Made by a program: the position numbers and the translations under genes
DNA from: Nostoc sp. PCC 7120 = FACHB-418
Lineage (GTDB): Bacteria; Cyanobacteriota; Cyanobacteriia; Cyanobacteriales; Nostocaceae
Direction: 5' to 3'
DNA length: 32,000 nt
NCBI RefSeq assembly: GCF_000009705.1
Contig: NC_003240.1
Location: 90,001-122,000 of the forward strand
The notes under the pieces: generated by a model
Seen by the model: only the letters and a program-made list of their open reading frames with translations
Databases searched by the model: none
What the model was told of the DNA's origin: nothing
Shown: positions 8,342 to 15,713 of the stretch, in pieces
Numbering within the stretch: position 1 is the stretch's first letter
Layout: each line of letters begins with the position of its first letter

Positions 8342-8359
8342 ATGAAATTTGGGTGAAAT
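8342..8359 (-). promoter_or_regulatory. Direct-repeat box, copy d (ATGAAAT ttgg GTGAAAT)
   Basis: Half-sites at 8342 and 8353, 91 nt upstream of the ATG at 8251. On the minus strand the box is followed after 15 nt by TATTAA (8321..8326). That places the proximal half-site where a -35 element would be. Confidence 0.55.
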
Positions 8360-8541
8360 TTTAGCTAGTTACAGGAATTTATTAAAAAAAACAAATAAGT
8401 GACCTTTGATAGAGCTATGACGTTTTCCTACAACGCATCTCTTTATAGTTTCAAAGCTCTGTCTAACCTTGTTTCAACTTATAACGATATTGACAAAAAG
8501 TTGAAGAAGCAAGATGTTCGTACTGATGTTTTGTCATACAT

Positions 8542-9513
8542 TTAACTGAAAATATACTCTCGTAGATTTGTTTGGCAACGACGGAGGTAACTCAGTGCTT
8601 GTTTTTCTAAGTAACGAACTCTCCTTTCACTAATGTTGAGATGTTGAGCTACCTGCGTCAAAGTGAGTTCATAATTATCTTCCAAGCCATAATGCAAAAT
8701 TAGGACTTGTTGCTGCTGTGGAGTTAATTCTCTCAGTGAGAGATAGATATCTTGACGCATTAAATTTTGAGTCACTTGGATTTCAGGCGAGGTTTCTGGA
8801 ACTTCTGTTAAAAGTTCTTGCAATTCTGTGTCTTCGTTATCGCCCACTTGTTTATCTAATGAAGCAGGTTGACGAGATATCATCAGCAGTTCGCGGATTT
8901 GAGCAGGGTTTAATTTCATCTTTTCTGCAATTTCATCTGCACTAGGACTGCGTTTTAATTTCTGAGATAATTCTCTTTGTACTTTTTTAAATTTATTCAA
9001 CTTTTCGGTAATATGAATTGGCAGTCTAATAGTTCGTGATTGCTGAGATATTGCTCGTGTCATTGCCTGGCTAATCCACCAATAAGCGTAGGTAGAAAAT
9101 TTATAGCCACGAGTGGGGTCAAATTTCTCTACGCCACGTTCTAAACCTAATGAACCTTCTTGAATTAAATCCATTAACTCCAAATTTCTTCTTTGATATT
9201 TTTTGGCAATAGCAACCACTAAACGAAGATTTGCTACCATCATTTTTTGCTTTGCCTGTGTACCTTGCTGAAAAATATCCTTCACTTCTATTTCACTAAG
9301 CTGTACATATTTGGCTAATTCTTTTTGAGAGGGTTCGTGGTTGAGTTGTTTCTTCAAAGTTTCCTTCTTCTTCTGTAACACCATCATCTGCTGTACCTGT
9401 TTGCTATATACAATTTCTTCCTCATGAGTCAACAATGGTACCCGAACAATATCTTGCAGATAATTCCGAACTATATCTGTGCTGAATTTAGTATTTGAAG
9501 TTGTTGTAATCAT
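8542..9513 (-). CDS. Group-2 (RpoD-like) sigma-70 factor
   Basis: 323 aa. Region 2 motifs [40 protein letters not shown]. Region 3 RTIRLPIH. Region 4 [25 protein letters not shown]. Paralog of 15714..16712. Confidence 0.9.
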   Translation of the reverse strand: MITTTSNTKFSTDIVRNYLQDIVRVPLLTHEEEIVYSKQVQQMMVLQKKKETLKKQLNHEPSQKELAKYVQLSEIEVKDIFQQGTQAKQKMMVANLRLVVAIAKKYQRRNLELMDLIQEGSLGLERGVEKFDPTRGYKFSTYAYWWISQAMTRAISQQSRTIRLPIHITEKLNKFKKVQRELSQKLKRSPSADEIAEKMKLNPAQIRELLMISRQPASLDKQVGDNEDTELQELLTEVPETSPEIQVTQNLMRQDIYLSLRELTPQQQQVLILHYGLEDNYELTLTQVAQHLNISERRVRYLEKQALSYLRRCQTNLREYIFS

Positions 9514-9848
9514 AATGTGGTGATTTTACCTATTCGAGCTTCAAAATAAACACTTTGCTCAAATCTTTTGAGTTCTGCTAAAGCTTTTTCTTCTTGAGAA
9601 TAATTTAAGAAAATATTTAACTCTTGTGAATTCCAAAACTTCTCAATTAGGGGAGCAATGAAAAAGTTTCTAGAAAGCTGATTTATAAGTAATGGAACTA
9701 CAATCAGAATTAACAGAAAACGGAGGGAGGAAATTGTTTGCAGTCGAGAAGCGCGAAACTCTTCAATAACCTTTGCTTCGGCATTTGGATCTAACGTGTG
9801 TTGAAATTGTCCTATCGTCCGCAGGATAGAGCGAGTAATAAAGCTCAT
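9510..9848 (-). CDS. Small single-TM protein resembling the N-terminal region of CemA/PxcA, translationally coupled to the sigma factor
   Basis: The 112-aa sequence ..[53 protein letters not shown]....[19 protein letters not shown].. follows the pattern I recall for cyanobacterial PxcA/CemA upstream of its polytopic core (FR.SRY......K.LL.LI.VP.L..QL.K.F...PL......FLN...EE.A..EL..FEE). Its TGA overlaps the sigma ATG (ATGA at 9510..9513). Confidence 0.5.
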   Translation of the reverse strand: MSFITRSILRTIGQFQHTLDPNAEAKVIEEFRASRLQTISSLRFLLILIVVPLLINQLSRNFFIAPLIEKFWNSQELNIFLNYSQEEKALAELKRFEQSVYFEARIGKITTL

Positions 9849-9994
9849 CTTTTGAGATGATGACTTTTATTTCATCTTAATTTATAAGCATCAAAATTAT
9901 AGTTGCACCCATAATTTAGTGAGACAACTGTGGTGTTTTAAAAACCTATAAGATTTAAACTTTAAATCTCTAAATTCTACTTTACAAAAATAGG

Positions 9995-10012
9995 ATGAAA
10001 TTAAGATGAAAA
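9995..10012 (-). promoter_or_regulatory. Direct-repeat box, copy e (ATGAAAT taag ATGAAAA)
   Basis: Half-sites at 9995 and 10006, 147 nt upstream of the ATG at 9848. On the minus strand the box is followed after 15 nt by TAGAAT (9974..9979). Confidence 0.5.
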
Positions 10013-10203
10013 GTCAGTATTTTATAGATTTTTTTCTAAATTTAGTTATTTTGGTATATATTAAAATCAGCAAATTTACTTAAATAACTATTACTTTGGG
10101 GATTTGTTCTCACAAAGCTAAGATGATTAGGTATTCGGTTACAGTAATTGCTCTAAATGCGATCGCCACCAAATTCTCTCTTTATATGCTCAACTAAATT
10201 AAT

Positions 10204-11118
10204 TTAAACCACGTTTTCTTGAGCAAGAGGACATGGATAACTTGGATCGCCTGTTTCTATGTGAATTGTAGTGTGTTCGATACCAAAATGGTCGTGAAGT
10301 TGTTGATTTACCTGAACTAAAAAAGCATCACTAAGATTTCCAGCAGGCATAATTAAGTGAGCAGTGAGAGCTGTTTCTGTGGTACTCATCGCCCAGATGT
10401 GCAAGTCATGAATACTAGATACACCGGGAAGTTCAGCTAAGAATGTACGGACTGCAAGTGGTTCAATACCTGCTGGTACTGCATCTGTGACTAAGTTCAA
10501 AGATTCTTGGAATAATTGCCAAGTACTCACAATAATCACGACAACGATCATCAAACTTACAACTGGGTCAAACCATAGCCAACCAGTAGCAACAATCGCA
10601 ATACCAGCCAGGACTGCACCCAAAGACACCGCCGCGTCAGCAACTAAGTGAATAAAGGCTCCCCTAATATTCAAGTCTCTTTCACGACCAGATAAGAACA
10701 TTAAGGCACTTCCCATATTGATGGCAATACCTACCGCAGCCACGCCGATAATTGTACTACCTGATACTGGACTAGGTTGAGCAAAACGCTGTATGGCTTC
10801 CCAGGCAACTGCGCCAGAAGCTACGAGTACGAGAACAGCGTTCAAAAGAGCTGCCAAAATAGAGGAGCGACGTAACCCATAAGTGCGGCGTGGTGTTGGT
10901 TGGCGACGGCCGAGGAAGCTCGCTCCCCAGGCAAGTAACAAACCTAGAACATCACTCAAATTGTGACCAGCATCGGCAAGTAGGGCAAGGGAATTGGCAG
11001 CTAACCCATAAACTACTTCAATGACAACAAATCCAGTGTTGAGAGCAACGCTAATAATGAAGGCACGGTTGTAATTAGTCGGTTCGTGGCTGTGTCCGTG
11101 ACTGTGACTGTGAGACAT
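10204..11118 (-). CDS. czcD: Cation diffusion facilitator (CDF) Zn/Co/Cd efflux protein
   Basis: His-rich N-terminus MSHSHSHGHSHE. TM2/TM5 metal-site motifs (LLADAGHNLSDV and HLVADAAVS). Six TM segments plus a C-terminal cytoplasmic domain. Confidence 0.9.
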   Translation of the reverse strand: MSHSHSHGHSHEPTNYNRAFIISVALNTGFVVIEVVYGLAANSLALLADAGHNLSDVLGLLLAWGASFLGRRQPTPRRTYGLRRSSILAALLNAVLVLVASGAVAWEAIQRFAQPSPVSGSTIIGVAAVGIAINMGSALMFLSGRERDLNIRGAFIHLVADAAVSLGAVLAGIAIVATGWLWFDPVVSLMIVVVIIVSTWQLFQESLNLVTDAVPAGIEPLAVRTFLAELPGVSSIHDLHIWAMSTTETALTAHLIMPAGNLSDAFLVQVNQQLHDHFGIEHTTIHIETGDPSYPCPLAQENVV

Positions 11119-11199
11119 GAATATTGCCCTTAAAGCGTTACCAACGGCGACAGAACTTCTATGTTTTGACGTTATCTTCTTGCTACCACTTGCTATTAA

Positions 11200-11733
11200 T
11201 TATCGCTTGAAGGTAAAACGACTATTAAATTTTTCACCTTTTACATCCGTTTGAATCACAACTTTATACTCTCCCGTTGCAGTTCCGTCCAGGTTTGCCG
11301 TATAATGCTTTTCCTCGGTATTATAAGGAACTTGTAGAGTTTTATTAGTGCCATCTGGTAGCTGAACTTGAGCCGTGAGCTTGGCATCAGTAATTGCTTG
11401 GTCTTGCTCGCCGTGTACGCTGATATCTAAATGAGTAGAATCTTTTTCTATATCTGATTTGAACTCTAAATGATATTTGCCTGACTGTACAACTTGACCG
11501 CTATGCTTCTCTCCACTATTGGAGTGACCACCTTTTTCATCATGGCCATGACCGTCGTTTTCATTATGCACTTCCCCAGTTTTAGTAGATGTTTCTGTAG
11601 TTGCTGTTTTAGCAACGGGTTCAGTTTTAGTAGCACTTTCTGAGTTAGCGACTTGATTCCCACCACTACAAGCACCCAAAAAAATTAATCCTACACTGCT
11701 AAGAATTACTAAACTGGTTTTCAGAAATTTCAT
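11200..11733 (-). CDS. His-rich lipoprotein with a C-terminal beta-sandwich-like domain (putative periplasmic metal-binding protein)
   Basis: Lipobox LIFLGAC-SGG. His-rich tract HNENDGHGHDEKGGHSNSGEKHSG. Then alternating beta-strand pattern (YHLEFKSD..HLDISVHG..AKLTAQVQLPDG..YKVVIQTDV). Located 81 nt upstream of czcD on the same strand. Confidence 0.7.
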   Translation of the reverse strand: MKFLKTSLVILSSVGLIFLGACSGGNQVANSESATKTEPVAKTATTETSTKTGEVHNENDGHGHDEKGGHSNSGEKHSGQVVQSGKYHLEFKSDIEKDSTHLDISVHGEQDQAITDAKLTAQVQLPDGTNKTLQVPYNTEEKHYTANLDGTATGEYKVVIQTDVKGEKFNSRFTFKR

Positions 11734-11768
11734 TGATTTACACTCCTCAATATTTGGTCAATTAACAA

Positions 11769-11903
11769 CTAAAAACTTGCCTCTCCTACGGGAGTAATTA
11801 AAAATCCCCCTGGTGCATTGGCATTGGCTGCTTGTGCTGCCTTGGTGACATCATCAAGAGAAACATTAAACGCCGAGTCAGCATTAACTTTATCTAGGAT
11901 GAC
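11769..11903 (-). pseudogene. Relic F2 of a CzcA-like RND gene (about 45 codons)
   Basis: The minus-strand translation VILDKVNADSAFNVSLDDVTKAAQAANANAPGGFLITPVGEASF* matches residues about 194-240 of the intact pump at 18102..21278 (VLVDPAKLKAFDVSLEDVTTAAAKANNNAAGGFLIDPDQE). Identity is 20/30 over the FNVSL..E stretch. Not listed in the ORF track. Confidence 0.7.
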
Positions 11904-11911
11904 AGACCGGA

Positions 11912-11929
11912 ATGAAATTCAGGTGAAAT
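11912..11929 (-). promoter_or_regulatory. Direct-repeat box, copy f (ATGAAAT tcag GTGAAAT)
   Basis: Half-sites at 11912 and 11923, 179 nt upstream of the lipoprotein ATG (11733). On the minus strand TAGATA (11891..11896) follows after 15 nt. The box abuts relic F2. Confidence 0.5.
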
Positions 11930-12138
11930 TTTTACAAGGGAGAGTTCAGGTGATAAGCTACGCTCCATCGTAGGAGATCGCGATTCCTTTAGTCCTTTTT
12001 TGAAATCCATAACTAATTATCATTGGGCTATTGAACATTAATGAGTTGCTGTGAATGAGTCAGCTAAATGTTAAAATAATGACGCTATTTGTGTAATTAT
12101 CATATTTTTTGGATTAGGTTGAGCAGCAGAGGTAAGTG

Positions 12139-12783
12139 ATGGTAAAAGCAAAACGTAGCGGGGGAAAAGGGTTTGGTAAACCACCTAAGCCACCATATCT
12201 CAATAGCTCATTAGATTTTGAAGAATTAGTTAACGGCAATCAAATTTTATTAGTGAACGTAATCACCGACGATACTAAAGGGATTGGAGATGCCTTTACA
12301 TTTATAAAATATAACGATCTTGCTAACAAATCCTCAAATTTTAGGTCAGCTATTGCCACCGCTTTTGACTCCTCATTGATTAAACTGGCGAAGCGGCGAC
12401 AAAATGAAGAAGGTAAAGGTTTACTAACTCTAACTCCAAAACATTATCGTCAAGAATGGGGACTTAGTGATAGCTCTGACGGTGAAATAGTTTTTAATTG
12501 GTGGACTTTACCAGAGTTGAAAGTTGCTCAAGAACGAAGCTACATATTTGGTGGAACGCGAATTCTTGCCAGATTAACAGAACCTCTAATTATGTATTCT
12601 CAAGAAAGGTTTCCGGTTATCTATCATGCTGTTCCATATACAAGTGGAAATGACCAAGTAAATTATGTGCATCTCATGTTTACTGTTTCACTCAATTCGA
12701 GCAAAGCACAGGAAATTCTTAGTATCAACATAATTGAACGTGAAACCACACCTTTAACAGAACTTTTACCTCCTAGTTCCTAA
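12139..12783 (+). CDS. Hypothetical protein (no recognisable domain); N-terminal GGKGFGKPPKPP motif
   Basis: Long ORF. ATG at 12139 is preceded by GAGG (12130..12133); the track starts 3 nt earlier at GTG. Visibly AT-rich and contains no HIP1. No TM segments or catalytic motifs were recognised. Confidence 0.55.
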   Translation: MVKAKRSGGKGFGKPPKPPYLNSSLDFEELVNGNQILLVNVITDDTKGIGDAFTFIKYNDLANKSSNFRSAIATAFDSSLIKLAKRRQNEEGKGLLTLTPKHYRQEWGLSDSSDGEIVFNWWTLPELKVAQERSYIFGGTRILARLTEPLIMYSQERFPVIYHAVPYTSGNDQVNYVHLMFTVSLNSSKAQEILSINIIERETTPLTELLPPSS

Positions 12784-12808
12784 AAAGTCATTTAAAAACA
12801 AAAACACT

Positions 12809-13612
12809 ATGTCTAAAATCCGCATTGGCAATACTGTAGTTAAAAGTAATGAAAAATTAAGACAAATACAATCACAAGTTTTTACTAGTTATGGCTATCA
12901 AAAAGTAAACGATTTTTTGCTCAATGATAGCAGAGATTTTAGAGTTGTATTTGATATGTTATGGGAAAAATATCAGAATCAGCCCCAAAAATTTTATGAT
13001 TCTACTCTGATAAAGGTACTAGAGAAATCGAAATCATTTAAAAAGTTTATATTAGCTGTTAATATGCAAACAATTTCTCAGATGAAAATCCCTTTTGATA
13101 AATTTTATATACCGTGTTTAAAACAATGTTATCAAGATTATGAAACTCATAAACAAACGGGTGCGAGGGGTTGGGTAGTCGGTGTTATTCCTTTTCTCGG
13201 TGCTACTTACCCTGAACATCGAAAATTTTTATCAAATTTGATTGACTCTTTAGATATTACAGAAAATATTAATTCAGGAAGAATTATCTATTTAGATAAG
13301 CATCTAGCTCTAACTTATAAACAAGATGATGCAAAAAACCAAGCATTAGGAGAACTGTTGTTTGCGGCAAGACATTCTGAAGGTTTATGGTCTTTTAACC
13401 AAACAGATGTTTTTGTACCCGTAAAATCCTTACGTCAAGCTAAAATTGCTTTAGCTAATTACCACGGTAAGCCCCGAAAAGGAGAATTAGTAGGAAACGA
13501 CTCTACACGTTTTTCCAGATTTTTAGGCTTAGATATTAAAGATAATTATGCCTATATGTCTGGATATGAAGAATTAGTTAATTATAGAGGAAAAGGATTC
13601 CAAAAACGATAA
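12809..13612 (+). CDS. Hypothetical protein (no recognisable domain); C-terminal RGKGFQKR motif
   Basis: 267-aa ORF 25 nt downstream of the previous gene on the same strand. AT-rich, K/N/F/Y-rich, no HIP1, no recognisable motifs. Confidence 0.55.
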   Translation: MSKIRIGNTVVKSNEKLRQIQSQVFTSYGYQKVNDFLLNDSRDFRVVFDMLWEKYQNQPQKFYDSTLIKVLEKSKSFKKFILAVNMQTISQMKIPFDKFYIPCLKQCYQDYETHKQTGARGWVVGVIPFLGATYPEHRKFLSNLIDSLDITENINSGRIIYLDKHLALTYKQDDAKNQALGELLFAARHSEGLWSFNQTDVFVPVKSLRQAKIALANYHGKPRKGELVGNDSTRFSRFLGLDIKDNYAYMSGYEELVNYRGKGFQKR

Positions 13613-13764
13613 TCGGCGTTCTTGAATCAAGAGTTATGTGGGTAGAGTGGGTATCCTGAAGCCTGGAAATAAAACACGTTATTAGAGTACATCAAAATAT
13701 TACAAACTAAAAACACCTAATTAATAAGTGTTGAGTTGAGCATAGCTCAACCCAAACTTCTATT

Positions 13765-15411
13765 TTAGAAAGTGAAAGTTGTTCTCAATGTACCAATCAC
13801 AGCATCATTGTTATTGTTAGCAGATTGACCAGGATTAGTTAACCAAATTACACCAGGAGTAATAGAAATGTTATCACTGATGCGATATCTGTAAAAGCCT
13901 TCAATGTGATAGGGTTTATCACCGTTGCTACTACCTAAATATGGTTGCGCGCCTGCAAAAATGCCTAAAAGATTGCCCTTCTTGCCAAAGTCGGGTAAAG
14001 CTACACCCAATCCATAGCTCCAAACTTCATCGTTATCGTTAGCTCCAAAGCCTGTAATATTACTGTAGAGTGCAAACCCACTAATTGACAGTTTATCGCT
14101 AGGTCTGAAAGCTGCTTCAAAGCCGTAAGAATTACTTACAAATGGATTGCCAGCACCGACAAAATTAGCTTGTGAAGTCCCAACTACAGCAGCACTTACC
14201 GAACCAGCATCAAATAAAGCACTATTTGCACCATGATAACCGTGAACGTAGGTTGCAGCCAAGGTCAGGCGATCGCCAACGTTAAGATTCAACTGTGCTA
14301 AAGCTGCATAGTTACCATCGAATAAACCTGAGCCTGGACTAGGATTATTCGGTTCAGATCCTAAATAACCCAAAGTTAATGAAGGTTTGAAGCTACCACT
14401 ACCAAATGGGACATTAACACCAATTCCGGCACCACCACCGATGCGATAGATAGGACTTTCGGAAGCAAAGGTAGATAAAGCACCGTTACCATTATCAAAG
14501 TCTTCAAAATAAGGGTTGACGGTGGGAACATAATCGCTTTGGATACCTCCAGTAGCAGCTACATAAACTTGAGAGTTGCCAACAGGGAAGTAATATGCTA
14601 ACCAATCTATAAAAGCATTATTATTGCTACCAAGAAACAAGTTAAAAGTTTGAGTACCTTCAGCAGTGCCATTGGGTAAAGATAATGGAGTAGCATTACC
14701 GGCTGCAATCCGAGTGTGTAGGGTATCTTTACCCGTAAAACTAGTTTGCAAATCTAAACGCACCCGGTTTTGGAAAACGGTATTGTTATTATCATTGTTA
14801 CCAAAACTATCCGTAACCGCAAAAACAGCTTCACCTACTAGTTTTGTGGTAGTCGAAAACTGATTAGCTTCTAATTCAGAAGTGCGTGCTTCCAAGGCAT
14901 CGACTCGACCCCTGAGTGTCGCTAGTTCCGCAGAAAATTCTTCTTGTAAACGCCGTAGGGTAGCTAAATCCTCTTTTGTCACTAAATCAGCTGTAGCTGT
15001 AGCAATCAATTCATTAACTCGATCCAAACAAGCATTTAAACCTGCCGCAAATTCATAACGAGTTAAGGCACGATTACCCCGGTAAGTCCCATTGGGATAA
15101 CCTGCAATACAACCGTAACGTTCTACTAAAGATTGCAAAGCTTGAAAAGCCCAGTCTGTTGGTTGTACATCCGAAAATTGGGAAACTGATGTAACTTGAG
15201 ATAGTGAAGTTTGATTATTGGCTTCAAGATTGTATTGGTTTATTTGTGAAAAAACGTTTTCGTCAGCGTTTGTTTGAGCAAGTAACGACTGATGAGTTTG
15301 TGATGGCTGTTGTTGGCTGTCAGCAGCAATGGCACTAGCTGAAATAGCAAGAGTTACTCCCAAAAATACTGGGCTGAATATAAGTGTTTTCCACAATAGA
15401 TTCGACATATT
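13765..15411 (-). CDS. Cyanobacterial outer-membrane porin (N-terminal SLH domain, coiled-coil linker, OprB-like beta-barrel)
   Basis: Signal peptide MSNLLWKTLIFSPVFLGVTLAISASAIA. SLH motif FSDVQPTDWAFQALQSLVERYGCIAGYPNGTYRGNRALTRYEFAAGLNACLDRV. Coiled coil LRRLQEEFSAELATLRGRVDALEARTSELE. Gly/aromatic-rich barrel ending in the terminal F (RTTFTF). The start was moved to ATG 15411 (after GAGG..) rather than the GTG at 15450. Confidence 0.85.
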   Translation of the reverse strand, partial: NMSNLLWKTLIFSPVFLGVTLAISASAIAADSQQQPSQTHQSLLAQTNADENVFSQINQYNLEANNQTSLSQVTSVSQFSDVQPTDWAFQALQSLVERYGCIAGYPNGTYRGNRALTRYEFAAGLNACLDRVNELIATATADLVTKEDLATLRRLQEEFSAELATLRGRVDALEARTSELEANQFSTTTKLVGEAVFAVTDSFGNNDNNNTVFQNRVRLDLQTSFTGKDTLHTRIAAGNATPLSLPNGTAEGTQTFNLFLGSNNNAFIDWLAYYFPVGNSQVYVAATGGIQSDYVPTVNPYFEDFDNGNGALSTFASESPIYRIGGGAGIGVNVPFGSGSFKPSLTLGYLGSEPNNPSPGSGLFDGNYAALAQLNLNVGDRLTLAATYVHGYHGANSALFDAGSVSAAVVGTSQANFVGAGNPFVSNSYGFEAAFRPSDKLSISGFALYSNITGFGANDNDEVWSYGLGVALPDFGKKGNLLGIFAGAQPYLGSSNGDKPYHIEGFYRYRISDNISITPGVIWLTNPGQSANNNNDAVIGTLRTTFTF

Positions 15412-15578
15412 ATTTTTCCTCACACCCTCTCGTAATGATGACGCAAACACTAATTTTAAACTGTACTATTTCATACCATAATGCAATCTTAATTTTATGT
15501 TGTGCCAATATAGTCTAGAAGTAAGTTATTTTACTGTTAAGTTCTCATTTAGTTTACTAACTTAAAAATTTGCAACTA

Positions 15579-15675
15579 TTTATCTGGGTTTACCAGCACT
15601 TGATACTGACGCCCATCTCCACCAAATATGACGATATTATTTAGACCAGTGACAGCAAGCAGGCGGTTTTTCACT
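15579..15675 (-). pseudogene. Relic F1 of a CzcA-like RND gene (about 31 codons)
   Basis: The minus-strand translation (V)KNRLLAVTGLNNIVIFGGDGRQYQVLVNPDK* matches TNRLLAVPGVSQVITYGGDVRQYQVLVDPAK of the intact pump (19/31 identical). It is flanked by in-frame stops. It lies in the 'intergenic' gap between the sigma gene stop (15714) and the porin promoter. Confidence 0.65.
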
Positions 15676-15713
15676 TACCAGTTGACACTACAAGCTTTCA
15701 AAATTAAAGAGTA

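Noticed and set aside
11949-11955. Third half-site (GTGATAA) near box f.
   Set aside because: It lies 26 nt from the second half-site, which is out of the 11-bp phase, and matches only 5/7 positions. Likely chance.
13735-13751. Hairpin GTTGAGC ata GCTCAAC between the convergent orphan cassette and the porin gene.
   Set aside because: It has a 3-nt loop and no adjacent T-run on either strand, which is too weak to annotate as a terminator.
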